From Dehalococcoidia bacterium (GTDB lineage: Bacteria; Chloroflexota; Dehalococcoidia; Lucifugimonadales; UBA3495), in NCBI GenBank assembly GCA_963667675.1, contig OY763929.1, positions 2,030,358-2,094,357 on the forward strand: 64,000 bases of DNA. Direction: 5' to 3'. The position numbers were made by a program, and so were the translations under genes. Positions 37,274-46,549 of this stretch are shown here, piece after piece; the first letter of the stretch is position 1, and each line of letters starts with the position of its first letter. The notes under the pieces were generated by a model. That model worked only from the letters and a program-made list of their open reading frames with translations, had not been told where the DNA came from and did not search any database.

Positions 37274-37768
37274 TCAGGCAGCCTCCTCCGCGGCAGCCTT
37301 GAGGCCTTCCAGCGTCGCCTGCATGTTGCGGCGGTGCTCGCCGGTGCGGGCGGCGATTATGTCGTCCCGGCGGTCGGGTAGCTCGTCGATGCGGCGGGTG
37401 AGGCCCGACGGGCCGGGGCCCAGTTGGACCGTTTGCCGCACCCGGGTGCCCTGGCCCTCGGCAATGAGGTCGAATCGCCAGGTGGCCACGGCATTGGCGG
37501 GGTCGCCGACGGCCCAGGCAAACGACTTTCCGGACTCGGCCTCCACCACGGTTGACGTGGTCTCCCACTGGCGGCCTTCCCGGCTGTTGCGGCCCCGGAA
37601 CCTGGCGCCCACCGCGGGGCCGGGCGCCCCATCCAGCCAGTCGCCGCCGTTGTATTCCGGGCTCCACTCGCCAAGGAGGACGATGTCGGTTACCAGTCCC
37701 CATACGCGCTGGGGCGGGGCCTCGACGAATATCTCCACTTCGACACTGGGCAGGTCGTAACCGGACAT
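37274..37768 (-). CDS. SRPBCC (START/polyketide-cyclase-like) family protein
   Basis: 164 aa. VEAPPQRVWGLVTD...W has the family pattern. Confidence 0.7.
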   Translation of the reverse strand: MSGYDLPSVEVEIFVEAPPQRVWGLVTDIVLLGEWSPEYNGGDWLDGAPGPAVGARFRGRNSREGRQWETTSTVVEAESGKSFAWAVGDPANAVATWRFDLIAEGQGTRVRQTVQLGPGPSGLTRRIDELPDRRDDIIAARTGEHRRNMQATLEGLKAAAEEAA

Positions 37769-37857
37769 AGGGCCTCCTTATATAGGAAGTGTAGGGCGCC
37801 GGATGCCGCGTCACCATGCCTGTGCGGTTCTGCGATGGCCGCCACCGGTCTTCTCCC

Positions 37858-38853
37858 TTAGGGGTTGACGAACATCTCAAAGTTGGTGTCCACGCCGTAC
37901 TTGGCGAAAACGTCGTCGACCTGGCGCATGGCGTCGGGATGGATTGACCAGCCCACGGCGCCCAAATCTTCTTCCAGTTCGTCGAGGCTGAGGATGCCGG
38001 CGACGGCGACGCTGACTGTCGCGTTGTCCAGGGACCAGTTCAGCGCCAACTGGGGCACGGTCTTGCCCAGGCCGGCGGCGATGGGCTTCAACTCGTTGAC
38101 CAGTTGGATGTTGCGGCCGAAGACCTCGTTGGCATACTGCCCGACGATCACCTCGGGCACGGTGTCCCCCATGGACCTCCAGTCTTTCTCGCCGAACTTG
38201 GTGTCTTCGGTGAAGACGCCGCCCAACAGGCCGGAGGCCAATGGTCCCCAGGCCATCACGCCGATTCCGTGCTGCCGGCAATAGGGGAATATTTCCTGCT
38301 CCATCCTGCGGTCGAAGAGGTTGTGCTGGTACTGCACCACGTCAATCCGCCGGGTCGCCTGGCATTCCTCTAGCTGGGCCACGGTGAAGTTGCCAACCCC
38401 TACGTACCGCACCTTGCCCTGCTGCACCACGCTGTCCAGGGTGTCCATGGTCTCTTCGAAGGGGGCGTTGGTGTCGGGGAAGTGAATCAGCAGCACGTCG
38501 ATGTAGTCGGTTTGCAGCCTTTCCAGGCTCTGGTCGACCAGGGGCAGGATGGCCTCCCGGCGGCTGTCGCGGTACCTGGGCCTTTCGGGGAAGCCGAATC
38601 CGCACTTGGTTACCAACACCACGTCTTTGCGACGCGCGCCAAGGGTATTGCCCAGCATGCGCTCGGAATCGCCGCCGCCGTAGTTGGGCGCGGTATCGAA
38701 GCAAGTGATTCCCTGGTCGATGGCGCGATTCACCACGGCGCTCATCCTGTCGCTGTACTCCGGCCCCCAATACACCGAGGCGGCGGCGTCCCAGCACCCC
38801 ATACCCAAGGCTGAAACCGTCAAGTCCGTGGAGCCAAATTTGCGGTATTCCAT
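37858..38853 (-). CDS. Aldo/keto reductase (paralog of 34271..35257, opposite orientation)
   Basis: MEYRKFGSTDLTVSALGMG... is collinear with the other AKR. Confidence 0.85.
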   Translation of the reverse strand: MEYRKFGSTDLTVSALGMGCWDAAASVYWGPEYSDRMSAVVNRAIDQGITCFDTAPNYGGGDSERMLGNTLGARRKDVVLVTKCGFGFPERPRYRDSRREAILPLVDQSLERLQTDYIDVLLIHFPDTNAPFEETMDTLDSVVQQGKVRYVGVGNFTVAQLEECQATRRIDVVQYQHNLFDRRMEQEIFPYCRQHGIGVMAWGPLASGLLGGVFTEDTKFGEKDWRSMGDTVPEVIVGQYANEVFGRNIQLVNELKPIAAGLGKTVPQLALNWSLDNATVSVAVAGILSLDELEEDLGAVGWSIHPDAMRQVDDVFAKYGVDTNFEMFVNP

Positions 38854-38946
38854 AGGATCGCCTCCTCCAATCAGATGGGATATACGAAGCCGAGGGCCAG
38901 GGGTGGGTTGCCGTATTGTACACTAATGCTGGAGGGTACAGGAGAC

Positions 38947-39888
38947 ATGAGCACGATTCAATTCGGAGTCCAGTATGCCCCCATCTCGAGGGACGGGCGG
39001 ACGAGTCCCATGGAGGCGGCGATACAAGCCGAGGAGTGGGGCTACGACTCTTTCTGGGTGCCGGAGAGCCTGACCAGGCCCCAGATGGACCCGCTGGTGC
39101 TGCTGGCCGCCATCGCGCAACGGACGCAGCGGATACGGCTGGGGACGGCGGTGCTTGTCCTGCCCATACGCAGCCCGTTCAACTTAACGAAGTCCGCGCT
39201 GTCCGTCCATACGTTATCCGACGGGCGGTTCACCCTGGGCGCAGCGGCGGGAGGCCCAAACCCCAAGGACTTCGAGGTGGAGGGAGTGGACATCCGCCAA
39301 CGCGGGAGAATAGCCGACGAAAACCTGGACATTCTCCACAGGCTGCTGTCCGAGACCAACGCCAGTTATAAAGGAAGGCGCCACCAGTTCACCGGGGTCA
39401 CTATAAAACCCGACTCGGTCCAGGGGCCTCCCTTTCCCATTTGGATAGGCGCCAGCTGGCACGACGGCATCGCCGACGGAGTGCTGCGGCGGACAGGCCG
39501 ATTCGGGAACGGGTTTTTGACCCACGACACTCCCCTGGAGGGTTACAGGGAAGCCCAGGAAAAGATCAGGGAATACGCCACCGGGTACGGGCGGGACCTG
39601 GACGAGTTCGAGTGGGCTACCGATATATATACGTACCTGGACGACAGCAAGGACCAGGCCATCGCCAGGCTGACTTCGGAGATGAAAGAGAGTCCGATGT
39701 TCTCACCGGAGTTGCACCCCGAAAACGGCTTCGGCCTGGGAACACCCCAAGACATCATCGAAGTGATAGAAAGGTACGCCGAGTTGGGCGTCAGCCACAT
39801 TATCCTCTTCCCCGCGTGCCCTCCTGAGCGGGTGATGGAGGAGTACGAGACGCTGGCCAGGGAGGTCATCCCCTACTTCAGGGGTTGA
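38947..39888 (+). CDS. LLM-class flavin/F420-dependent oxidoreductase
   Basis: EEWGYDSFWVPE and an overall LLM pattern. Start moved to the ATG at 38947. Confidence 0.75.
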   Translation: MSTIQFGVQYAPISRDGRTSPMEAAIQAEEWGYDSFWVPESLTRPQMDPLVLLAAIAQRTQRIRLGTAVLVLPIRSPFNLTKSALSVHTLSDGRFTLGAAAGGPNPKDFEVEGVDIRQRGRIADENLDILHRLLSETNASYKGRRHQFTGVTIKPDSVQGPPFPIWIGASWHDGIADGVLRRTGRFGNGFLTHDTPLEGYREAQEKIREYATGYGRDLDEFEWATDIYTYLDDSKDQAIARLTSEMKESPMFSPELHPENGFGLGTPQDIIEVIERYAELGVSHIILFPACPPERVMEEYETLAREVIPYFRG

Positions 39889-39967
39889 TGGGGCGGGTAA
39901 GCAGGCGGGGCATGACCGTCCGGGTAGACGCTCCTTGTTCAAAGTAAGGGAATAGGGTATTCGGCGG

Positions 39968-40381
39968 CTAGAGGCCCAAAGCCTGCAGGCCTGCCCGTGC
40001 GATGGCCTCGTCGTCCTGGCCACTGGGAAGGCCGCCGACGCCGATGCCGCCGAGCACTGCGCCGTCTTTGATCACAGCCACTCCCCCAGCAAAGTTGATT
40101 AGCTGGGAGTCCTGCCAGAAGTCCAAGGACCGGCCCTGACTCCTGAGCTGCTCGGCAAAGACGGCGGTGTCCACTCCCCGGATGGCTGATGTGTAGGCCT
40201 TGCGGATGGCGAAGGTGGGCCTGCGGCAGCGGTCCATGCGGGCGTAGGCCAGCAGGTTGCCCAGGTCGTCGACAATCGCCATGTCGACCTTGGCGCGGCC
40301 GGGGTCCTTGTTGTATTCGTCCAGCATTGCTCGTATGGCGTCCTGGGCCTGGTCCAGGCCCAACATTGGCTTGTTGTACAT
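39968..40381 (-). CDS. GlcG/HbpS-like heme-binding (DUF336) protein
   Basis: 137 aa. GGVAVIKDGAVLGGIGVGG motif. GGAGG lies upstream. Confidence 0.75.
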   Translation of the reverse strand: MYNKPMLGLDQAQDAIRAMLDEYNKDPGRAKVDMAIVDDLGNLLAYARMDRCRRPTFAIRKAYTSAIRGVDTAVFAEQLRSQGRSLDFWQDSQLINFAGGVAVIKDGAVLGGIGVGGLPSGQDDEAIARAGLQALGL

Positions 40382-40801
40382 GAGGGAGCCTCCGATGGCG
40401 GGATACGGCCCAATATACTACCGGCGGGGGCAGGCATCAATCGGCGCCGGCGGGGGGACTGGAGACCGCTGATTGAGTTTTGCTGTTCGCTCCCATATAA
40501 TTGATTATGTGAACCAGGTGCGGGGACATTGGGCTGGGAAGTCACTGTTCCTCCTTAGCAGCCATTGCATTGACGTGATGCGCTGTAGTCGTATCCACAA
40601 CCCTAGCAATCATTGATATTAATGTATCGGTAGTATTTCCAATTTGCTATTGACGGCAAAAGGGGCAAAGATATTTAATATCAGGCAAGTGGGGTTCCCG
40701 ACGGGACTGCGCCATTTACTATTGGCGTAATCCCCACAAGTGGGAGCAAGTGAATTGTTGGGAGGTAAACTTGGTTAATGTGGCAGAAAGAGGAGGCATA
40801 A

Positions 40802-42292
40802 ATGGCTGACAAGGATCTAGCACTGATGGCCCACCTGCTCCGCCGTGCTGGGTTTGGCGCAAGCCGCGACGAACTCGAGGCCAGAGTAGCCCAAGGCTAT
40901 GACAACGTAGTGGAAGAGTTGCTGAATCCGGGCGAAGGCTTCGGAGTCGCGACCGACGAGCTGTTCCGAGCACATCCGAACTTCATCGAGGGGGCGGACT
41001 TTGCTTTCGCCGCCAGCGAAATCACCTACCGGATGATCAACAGCAAGCAACAGTTGAAAGAGAAGATTGCGTTGTTCTGGCACACCATTCTCTGTTCAGC
41101 AGACAGCAAGGTGTGCAACGAAAGGAACAACATCCTACAGTACGAATACTTCCGGGAGCATGGCCTGGGCAACTTCAAAGACATGCTGATGTTCATTTGC
41201 CAGGACCCCTGCATGCTCTACTACCTGGACAACCAGGAAAACCACAAGAACGCCCCCAACGAGAACTTCGGCCGAGAGCTGCTGGAACTGTTCTCGATGG
41301 GCGTAGGCATGGACGGCGACTTCAACTACACCGAGGACGACGTCAAGGCCTGCGCCAGGGCCTTCACCGGCTGGCACATTGCCCCCAACTACCCCCTGTT
41401 CCCCTATGGACGGACCCCCTTCCAGTTCCGCTATGACGCCACCGAGCATGACGACAGCGAGAAGACGTTCCTGGGCGAGACGGGCAACTGGAACGGTGAA
41501 GAGGTAGTCGACATCATCTGCAAGCAGCCGGCCACGGCCCGGTTCATTTCCCGGAAGCTGTACGACTGGTTCGTTGCCGACGAGACGCCGACCCGGACTT
41601 GGAGGCTGTCGGAGCCCAGGGACCGAAAGGCGCTGGAGATGCTGGAGAAGGCCTACTTCGACTCCGGCTACGAAATAGGCGAGATGCTGCGGGTCATGTT
41701 CAAATCGGACTTCTTCAAGGACGAGTCGGTCCATTTTGCCAAGGTGAAGAACCCGGCAGAGTTGGTGGCTGGCACCGTTCGCTTGGCGCAGGCCATATAC
41801 GACCAGGAAGACGCCGCCATCCTGGCTACCCAGTCCAGGCAACGGGGCGAAGGCAACGCCCCGCCGGGACTGGAGGAAGGCCTGCTGACCACGCACATGG
41901 AAATCAAGTACATGGGCATGGAACTGCTGCAGCCGCCCACCGTGGAAGGCTGGCAGATGGGCCAGGAATGGATGAACAGCGGCAGCCTTGTCGACCGGGT
42001 CAACTTCGCCACCAGGACCTTCGGCGACACCGCTCTTCCCGGCGTACAGTCGATGGTCGGCCGCCTGATGGCCCAAGGCGAGGCGTTGAACGCCGAGCAG
42101 GTGGTGGACGGCTCCCTGGACCTGATGGGCCCCCTTACCGTGGACGCCGACACCCGTCAGGAGATGGTCGAACACGTATCCAAGGGCGGGCCCATGCGCC
42201 ACGGCACGGACGAAGAGAAAGCTGAATTTACCCGACGGGCGTCACAGGTATTCCAACTGATCGCCAGCACGTCGGCCTACCAGTTCGGTTAA
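40802..42292 (+). CDS. DUF1800 family protein (copy 1)
   Basis: HLLRRAGFGAS N-terminal hallmark. 496 aa. No signal peptide visible. Confidence 0.75.
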   Translation: MADKDLALMAHLLRRAGFGASRDELEARVAQGYDNVVEELLNPGEGFGVATDELFRAHPNFIEGADFAFAASEITYRMINSKQQLKEKIALFWHTILCSADSKVCNERNNILQYEYFREHGLGNFKDMLMFICQDPCMLYYLDNQENHKNAPNENFGRELLELFSMGVGMDGDFNYTEDDVKACARAFTGWHIAPNYPLFPYGRTPFQFRYDATEHDDSEKTFLGETGNWNGEEVVDIICKQPATARFISRKLYDWFVADETPTRTWRLSEPRDRKALEMLEKAYFDSGYEIGEMLRVMFKSDFFKDESVHFAKVKNPAELVAGTVRLAQAIYDQEDAAILATQSRQRGEGNAPPGLEEGLLTTHMEIKYMGMELLQPPTVEGWQMGQEWMNSGSLVDRVNFATRTFGDTALPGVQSMVGRLMAQGEALNAEQVVDGSLDLMGPLTVDADTRQEMVEHVSKGGPMRHGTDEEKAEFTRRASQVFQLIASTSAYQFG

Positions 42293-42339
42293 ACCGAGCC
42301 CTATCGAGAGACATCAAACCAGTAACGGAGGTAGCGAGC

Positions 42340-43494
42340 ATGGTATCAACAAAGAAGGACCCGACGCTGGCAGTAGTGTTCCTGTCGGGCGGCAACGACG
42401 TGATGAACACGTTGATCCCCTATGACGACCCCAACTATTGGGACCGCCGTCCCAACGTGAGGGTTCCGGAAGACCAGATCGTGCCGTTTACGGACGGCCT
42501 GGGCTTCCATCCGGCCTTTGCTCCCATGAAGAGGTTCTGGGACGAGGGCAAGATGGCCATCATACTGGGCACGGGATATCCCCACGGCACCATGTCCCAC
42601 TTCCGCTCCGCGGACATCTGGGCCACGTGCGAGCCGGTGGAGCTCCTGATGGACGGTTGGCTGGGCCGAACGATTCAGGCCCTGGACCCCAACGTGGAGA
42701 ACGTGCTGACCGGCGTCAACTTCGGCCGCGGTCTGCCCAGGGCGATGGCCAAAGAGGGAGTGCCGGTGGCGTCCGTTGGAGACCTGAGCATGTACGGTCT
42801 CATGACGGACTTCGAAAAGGAAGAAGAGCGCAAAGAGGCGCTGGACCTGTTCGGACGCATGTATGCGCCGCGCGTCGGCACAGGCGCGGTGGACGGCTTC
42901 ATCCGGAGCCTGGGAACCGCGGCGCTGAGAGGCGCCGACATTCTCGCCACTGCTCCGTCCAAGTACCAGTCCGACGTCGAATACGAGGTAGGCAATGTGG
43001 GCGAGTACCTGAAGGACATGGTCCAGGTGCACAACGCCGGATTCGGCACCAAGATCATGTTCACCCAGTCCCCGTACAACCAGTGGGACACCCACGCCAA
43101 CCAGCTTGGCGCCAACCTGCTGGCCCGAGGTCACGGGGCGTTGCTGGCCAACCAGGCCAACAACACCGACGCCTTCTTCAACGACCTGCGCAACCTGGAC
43201 ATCAGCGACAACGTCACGGTGCTGATCTACTCCGAGTTCGGGCGCCGGGCCCAGGACAACGGCTCGGGCACCGACCACGGCGCAGGCGGAGCGGCCTTCG
43301 TCATCGGCGACCATGTCAAGGGCGGCCTCTACGGCGAATATCCGTCCCTGAAAGAGTCGGAACTCGACGACGACGGCAACCTGACGTGGTCCGTCGACTT
43401 CCGGTCCATCTACACCACCCTGCTGGAGCGATGGATGGGCCTGGACGCCAAGCCCATAGTGGGCGGGTCCTACGAGCAGTTGGCTTTCCTGTAA
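42340..43494 (+). CDS. DUF1501 family (sulfatase/alkaline-phosphatase-fold) protein
   Basis: VVFLSGGNDVMNTLIPY...SEFGRR...GTDHG is the family pattern. It lacks the Tat signal usual for this family. Confidence 0.75.
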   Translation: MVSTKKDPTLAVVFLSGGNDVMNTLIPYDDPNYWDRRPNVRVPEDQIVPFTDGLGFHPAFAPMKRFWDEGKMAIILGTGYPHGTMSHFRSADIWATCEPVELLMDGWLGRTIQALDPNVENVLTGVNFGRGLPRAMAKEGVPVASVGDLSMYGLMTDFEKEEERKEALDLFGRMYAPRVGTGAVDGFIRSLGTAALRGADILATAPSKYQSDVEYEVGNVGEYLKDMVQVHNAGFGTKIMFTQSPYNQWDTHANQLGANLLARGHGALLANQANNTDAFFNDLRNLDISDNVTVLIYSEFGRRAQDNGSGTDHGAGGAAFVIGDHVKGGLYGEYPSLKESELDDDGNLTWSVDFRSIYTTLLERWMGLDAKPIVGGSYEQLAFL

Positions 43495-43691
43495 GCGGGC
43501 GCACTGCCGACAGGCAAGCCGGAGGCAGCTCCGGGACTGAACCAAGACCAGGGAAAGTTGCGCTGCCCCGCGGAAACGTGGAGCAGCGCAATCCTGATTC
43601 AGGACATGTCTATGTTGGCCGGCGCAGCGCCGTGACGCAGCCCCGGTCCAGCTAATCCCGTAAACAAGCTTTTGGCATTAGGAGGCTAATC

Positions 43692-44804
43692 GTGGCTAGT
43701 GTTCTAGTAGGTGTCACCGACCGATATTTCAGCTACGCATTCACCGTCGGCGGCGCCGGTTTCCGCATTCCGGTGGACATCGCTTTTGCGCCCGGCGACA
43801 TTTTCTACTCCCTGACCCGGGGCTACGAGCACCCGCCGAGGAGGAACCTCAACTGCCGGGTCAAGATGATGGGCATGACCGACGAAGGCGAGGAGTTGAT
43901 TACCCATTTCGGCGAGCTCGGCTCGGAGCCCGGCAAGTTCGTTTGGCCCGCCTCCATCGAGATAGACGACGATGTCAACGTCTACGTGTTGGACGAATAC
44001 TTGGCCCGGGTAACCGTCTTCAACAAGGAAGGCGAGTTGCTGAACCATTGGGGCGACAAATACGGCTCCGGCGACGGTGAGATGAGCAGGCCGTCGGGCA
44101 TGGCCCGGCGGGATGACGTCCTGTACATCGTCGACAGCAAGAACCACCGGGTCCAGAAATTCAGCCTGGACGGCAAGTACATAGGCCAGTTCGGTAGCTA
44201 CGGCTCCGAAAATGGCCAGTTGGACTCCCCCTGGGGCATCGACCTGGACAAAGACGGCAACATCTTTCTCGCCGACTGGCGCAACGACCGCATCCAGTCC
44301 TTCACCGCCGACGGCGAGTGGCTGGCCACGTTCGGAAGGCCCGGCACTGGTGGGGACACGGACATAGTCCGGCATCACGGCGGACTGAGGCTGGTGGAAC
44401 GCACCGCGGGAGAATTCAACCGACCCTCAGGCGTCTGCGTCGACGACGATGGGGACATCTACGTAGCCGACTGGCTCAATAACCGGGTGCAGATACTCAC
44501 GGCGGACGGCAAATACATTACCCAGATAACCGGCAACGCCGGCCTGTCAAGGTCGGCCAAAGAGCAGCTGGCGCCCGCCCCAGACTTGATCCGGCAGCGC
44601 AACCTGGCGCTGCAGGAGTCGTCAATCCAGGAGAAGTTGCTGTGGAGTCCCAACAACGTCAAGTTCGAACAGAACCGCAGCAGGCTATGGATCTCTGACT
44701 CCAACCGGCACCGGTTCCAGGTCTACCAGAAGAACACCGAGTCGGTGCTTAACAACTTGGAAACGCTCACCATGCAGGGAGCTATCCAAGGGCAGGTGGC
44801 CTAG
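43692..44804 (+). CDS. NHL-repeat beta-propeller protein (copy 1)
   Basis: GTG start 6 nt after AGGAGG. Repeated ..P.G...D.DGN.YV.D..N.R.Q.F blades. Confidence 0.75.
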   Translation: MASVLVGVTDRYFSYAFTVGGAGFRIPVDIAFAPGDIFYSLTRGYEHPPRRNLNCRVKMMGMTDEGEELITHFGELGSEPGKFVWPASIEIDDDVNVYVLDEYLARVTVFNKEGELLNHWGDKYGSGDGEMSRPSGMARRDDVLYIVDSKNHRVQKFSLDGKYIGQFGSYGSENGQLDSPWGIDLDKDGNIFLADWRNDRIQSFTADGEWLATFGRPGTGGDTDIVRHHGGLRLVERTAGEFNRPSGVCVDDDGDIYVADWLNNRVQILTADGKYITQITGNAGLSRSAKEQLAPAPDLIRQRNLALQESSIQEKLLWSPNNVKFEQNRSRLWISDSNRHRFQVYQKNTESVLNNLETLTMQGAIQGQVA

Positions 44805-44968
44805 TCACCAGCCCATCGGCGTTGGCTTGGGGAGCGACCTCCAAGCCAATGGCGTAACGCCGCAGGATAAGCATCAGAATCGCCGGTGTGCCGGGGGAAA
44901 CTTCCGAGCCGCCGGCGATTGCTTTTTGGGGCAAAGTCCCGTTAATACCGCAATAAGGGGAGACACGA

Positions 44969-46459
44969 ATGGCTGACAAGGACCTGGCATTGATGGCCCA
45001 CCTGATGCGGCGCGCCGGTTTCGGCGCCAGCCGGGATGACCTGGAGGCCAAGGTAGCGCAAGGCTACGACAACGTGGTGGAAGAGCTGTTGAACCCCGGA
45101 GACGACCCTGGCATCGAGGTAGACGAGCTGTTCCGGTATTTTCCCGATTACGTCGAAAGCGCAGACTTCGCCTATGCCGCGAGCGAACTCGCCTACCGGA
45201 TGATCAACAGCAGGACCCAGCTAAGAGAGAAAATCGCGCTGTTCTGGCACACCGTCCTCTGCGCGGCCGACAGCAAGATATGCAACGAACGCAACAACAT
45301 GTTCCAAATCGACCATTTCCGGGACCACGGGATGGGCAACTTCAAGGACTTGTTGAAGTTCATCGCCAGGGACCCGTGCATGCTCTACTACCTGGACAAC
45401 CAGGAGAACCACAAAGACGCCATCAACGAGAACTTCGGCCGTGAACTGTTGGAGTTGTTCTCCATGGGCGTCGGGATGGACGGCGACTACAACTACACCG
45501 AAGACGACGTCAAGGCCTGCGCCAGGGCCTTCACCGGCTGGGGCATGGCCCCCAACGCTCCCCTGTTCCCCTACGGCCGGACCCCTTTCCAGTTCCGCTA
45601 TGACCCAGGGGACCACGACGACGAGGAGAAGACGTTCCTGGGCGAGACGGGGAACTGGAACGGCGACGACGTCATAGAGATCATCTGCAAGCAGCCGGCC
45701 ACGGCCCGATTCATCTCGCGAAAACTGTACGACTGGTTCGTGGCCGACGAAGCGCCGACGCGCACTTGGCGGCTGTCGGAGCCGCGGGACAGGGAGGCGT
45801 TGCAGGCCCTGGAGAAGGCCTACTTCGACTCCGGCTACGAAATAAAGGAGATGCTGCGGGTCTTGTTCACCTCCGATTTCTTCAAGGACGAGTCGGCCCA
45901 CTTCGCCAAGGTGAAGAACCCCGCCGAACTGGTGGTGGGTACCATTCGCATGGCCCAGGCCCTGTACCAACAGCCGCGGGCCGGGGTGCTCACGGCACAG
46001 CGCAGGGAGCGAGGCGAAGGGGGCGCACCGCCGGGCGTCGAGGACGGCATGCTGGCCACCCACCTGGAAATGAAGTACATGGGGATGGAACTGCTGCAGC
46101 CGCCCACGGTGGAGGGCTGGCAAATGGGCCAGGAATGGATGAACAGCGGCAGCCTGGTCGACCGGGTCAACTACGCTACCAAGGTGTTTGGGGACGCCGA
46201 GCTTCCGGGGGTCAGGTCGATGATCGACCGCCTGATGGCCATGGGCGAGGCCCCAACGGCCGAGCAGGTGGTCGACGGTTCGCTGGACCTGATGGGGCCC
46301 ATGACGGTGGACGACGCGACCCGCCAGGAGATGGTGGACCACGTGACCGCCGGCGGGGAGATGCGCCACGACACGGAAGCGGAGCGAGCGGAATTCGCCC
46401 GGCGCGCGTCCCAGGTGTTCCAACTCATCGCCAGCACGTCGGCCTACCAGTTCGGCTAG
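44969..46459 (+). CDS. DUF1800 family protein (copy 2)
   Basis: Same length (496 aa) as copy 1 and identical at most aligned positions by eye. Confidence 0.75.
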   Translation: MADKDLALMAHLMRRAGFGASRDDLEAKVAQGYDNVVEELLNPGDDPGIEVDELFRYFPDYVESADFAYAASELAYRMINSRTQLREKIALFWHTVLCAADSKICNERNNMFQIDHFRDHGMGNFKDLLKFIARDPCMLYYLDNQENHKDAINENFGRELLELFSMGVGMDGDYNYTEDDVKACARAFTGWGMAPNAPLFPYGRTPFQFRYDPGDHDDEEKTFLGETGNWNGDDVIEIICKQPATARFISRKLYDWFVADEAPTRTWRLSEPRDREALQALEKAYFDSGYEIKEMLRVLFTSDFFKDESAHFAKVKNPAELVVGTIRMAQALYQQPRAGVLTAQRRERGEGGAPPGVEDGMLATHLEMKYMGMELLQPPTVEGWQMGQEWMNSGSLVDRVNYATKVFGDAELPGVRSMIDRLMAMGEAPTAEQVVDGSLDLMGPMTVDDATRQEMVDHVTAGGEMRHDTEAERAEFARRASQVFQLIASTSAYQFG

Positions 46460-46549
46460 AGAACTGGCCCATGGGCAACGCCCCGCGCCGCCAGGGGAGC
46501 GGTCTCGCTCGACGTTTATGTAAACCTGCCAAATGCGTAGGAGGAAATC

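Noticed and set aside
41135-42202. Long antisense or alternative-frame ORFs opposite or overlapping recognisable genes. Examples: 41135..42202, 45221..46423, 55834..57297, 52320..53543, 22337..23806, 19351..20271, 42346..43545, 16889..18121, 7966..9120, 10990..12381 and 37203..37880.
   Set aside because: These are typical shadow ORFs of G+C-rich DNA. Their translations are Arg/Gly/Pro/Ala-rich and low-complexity, whereas the overlapping reading frame (opposite strand, or another frame of the same strand) encodes a clearly recognisable family.
43495-43691. 9-bp-stem hairpin (ttgcgctgc...gcagcgcaa) between DUF1501 and the first NHL gene, considered as a possible attenuator.
   Set aside because: It has a large loop, no U-tract and no counterpart in the second cassette. 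The evidence is insufficient to call a regulatory element.
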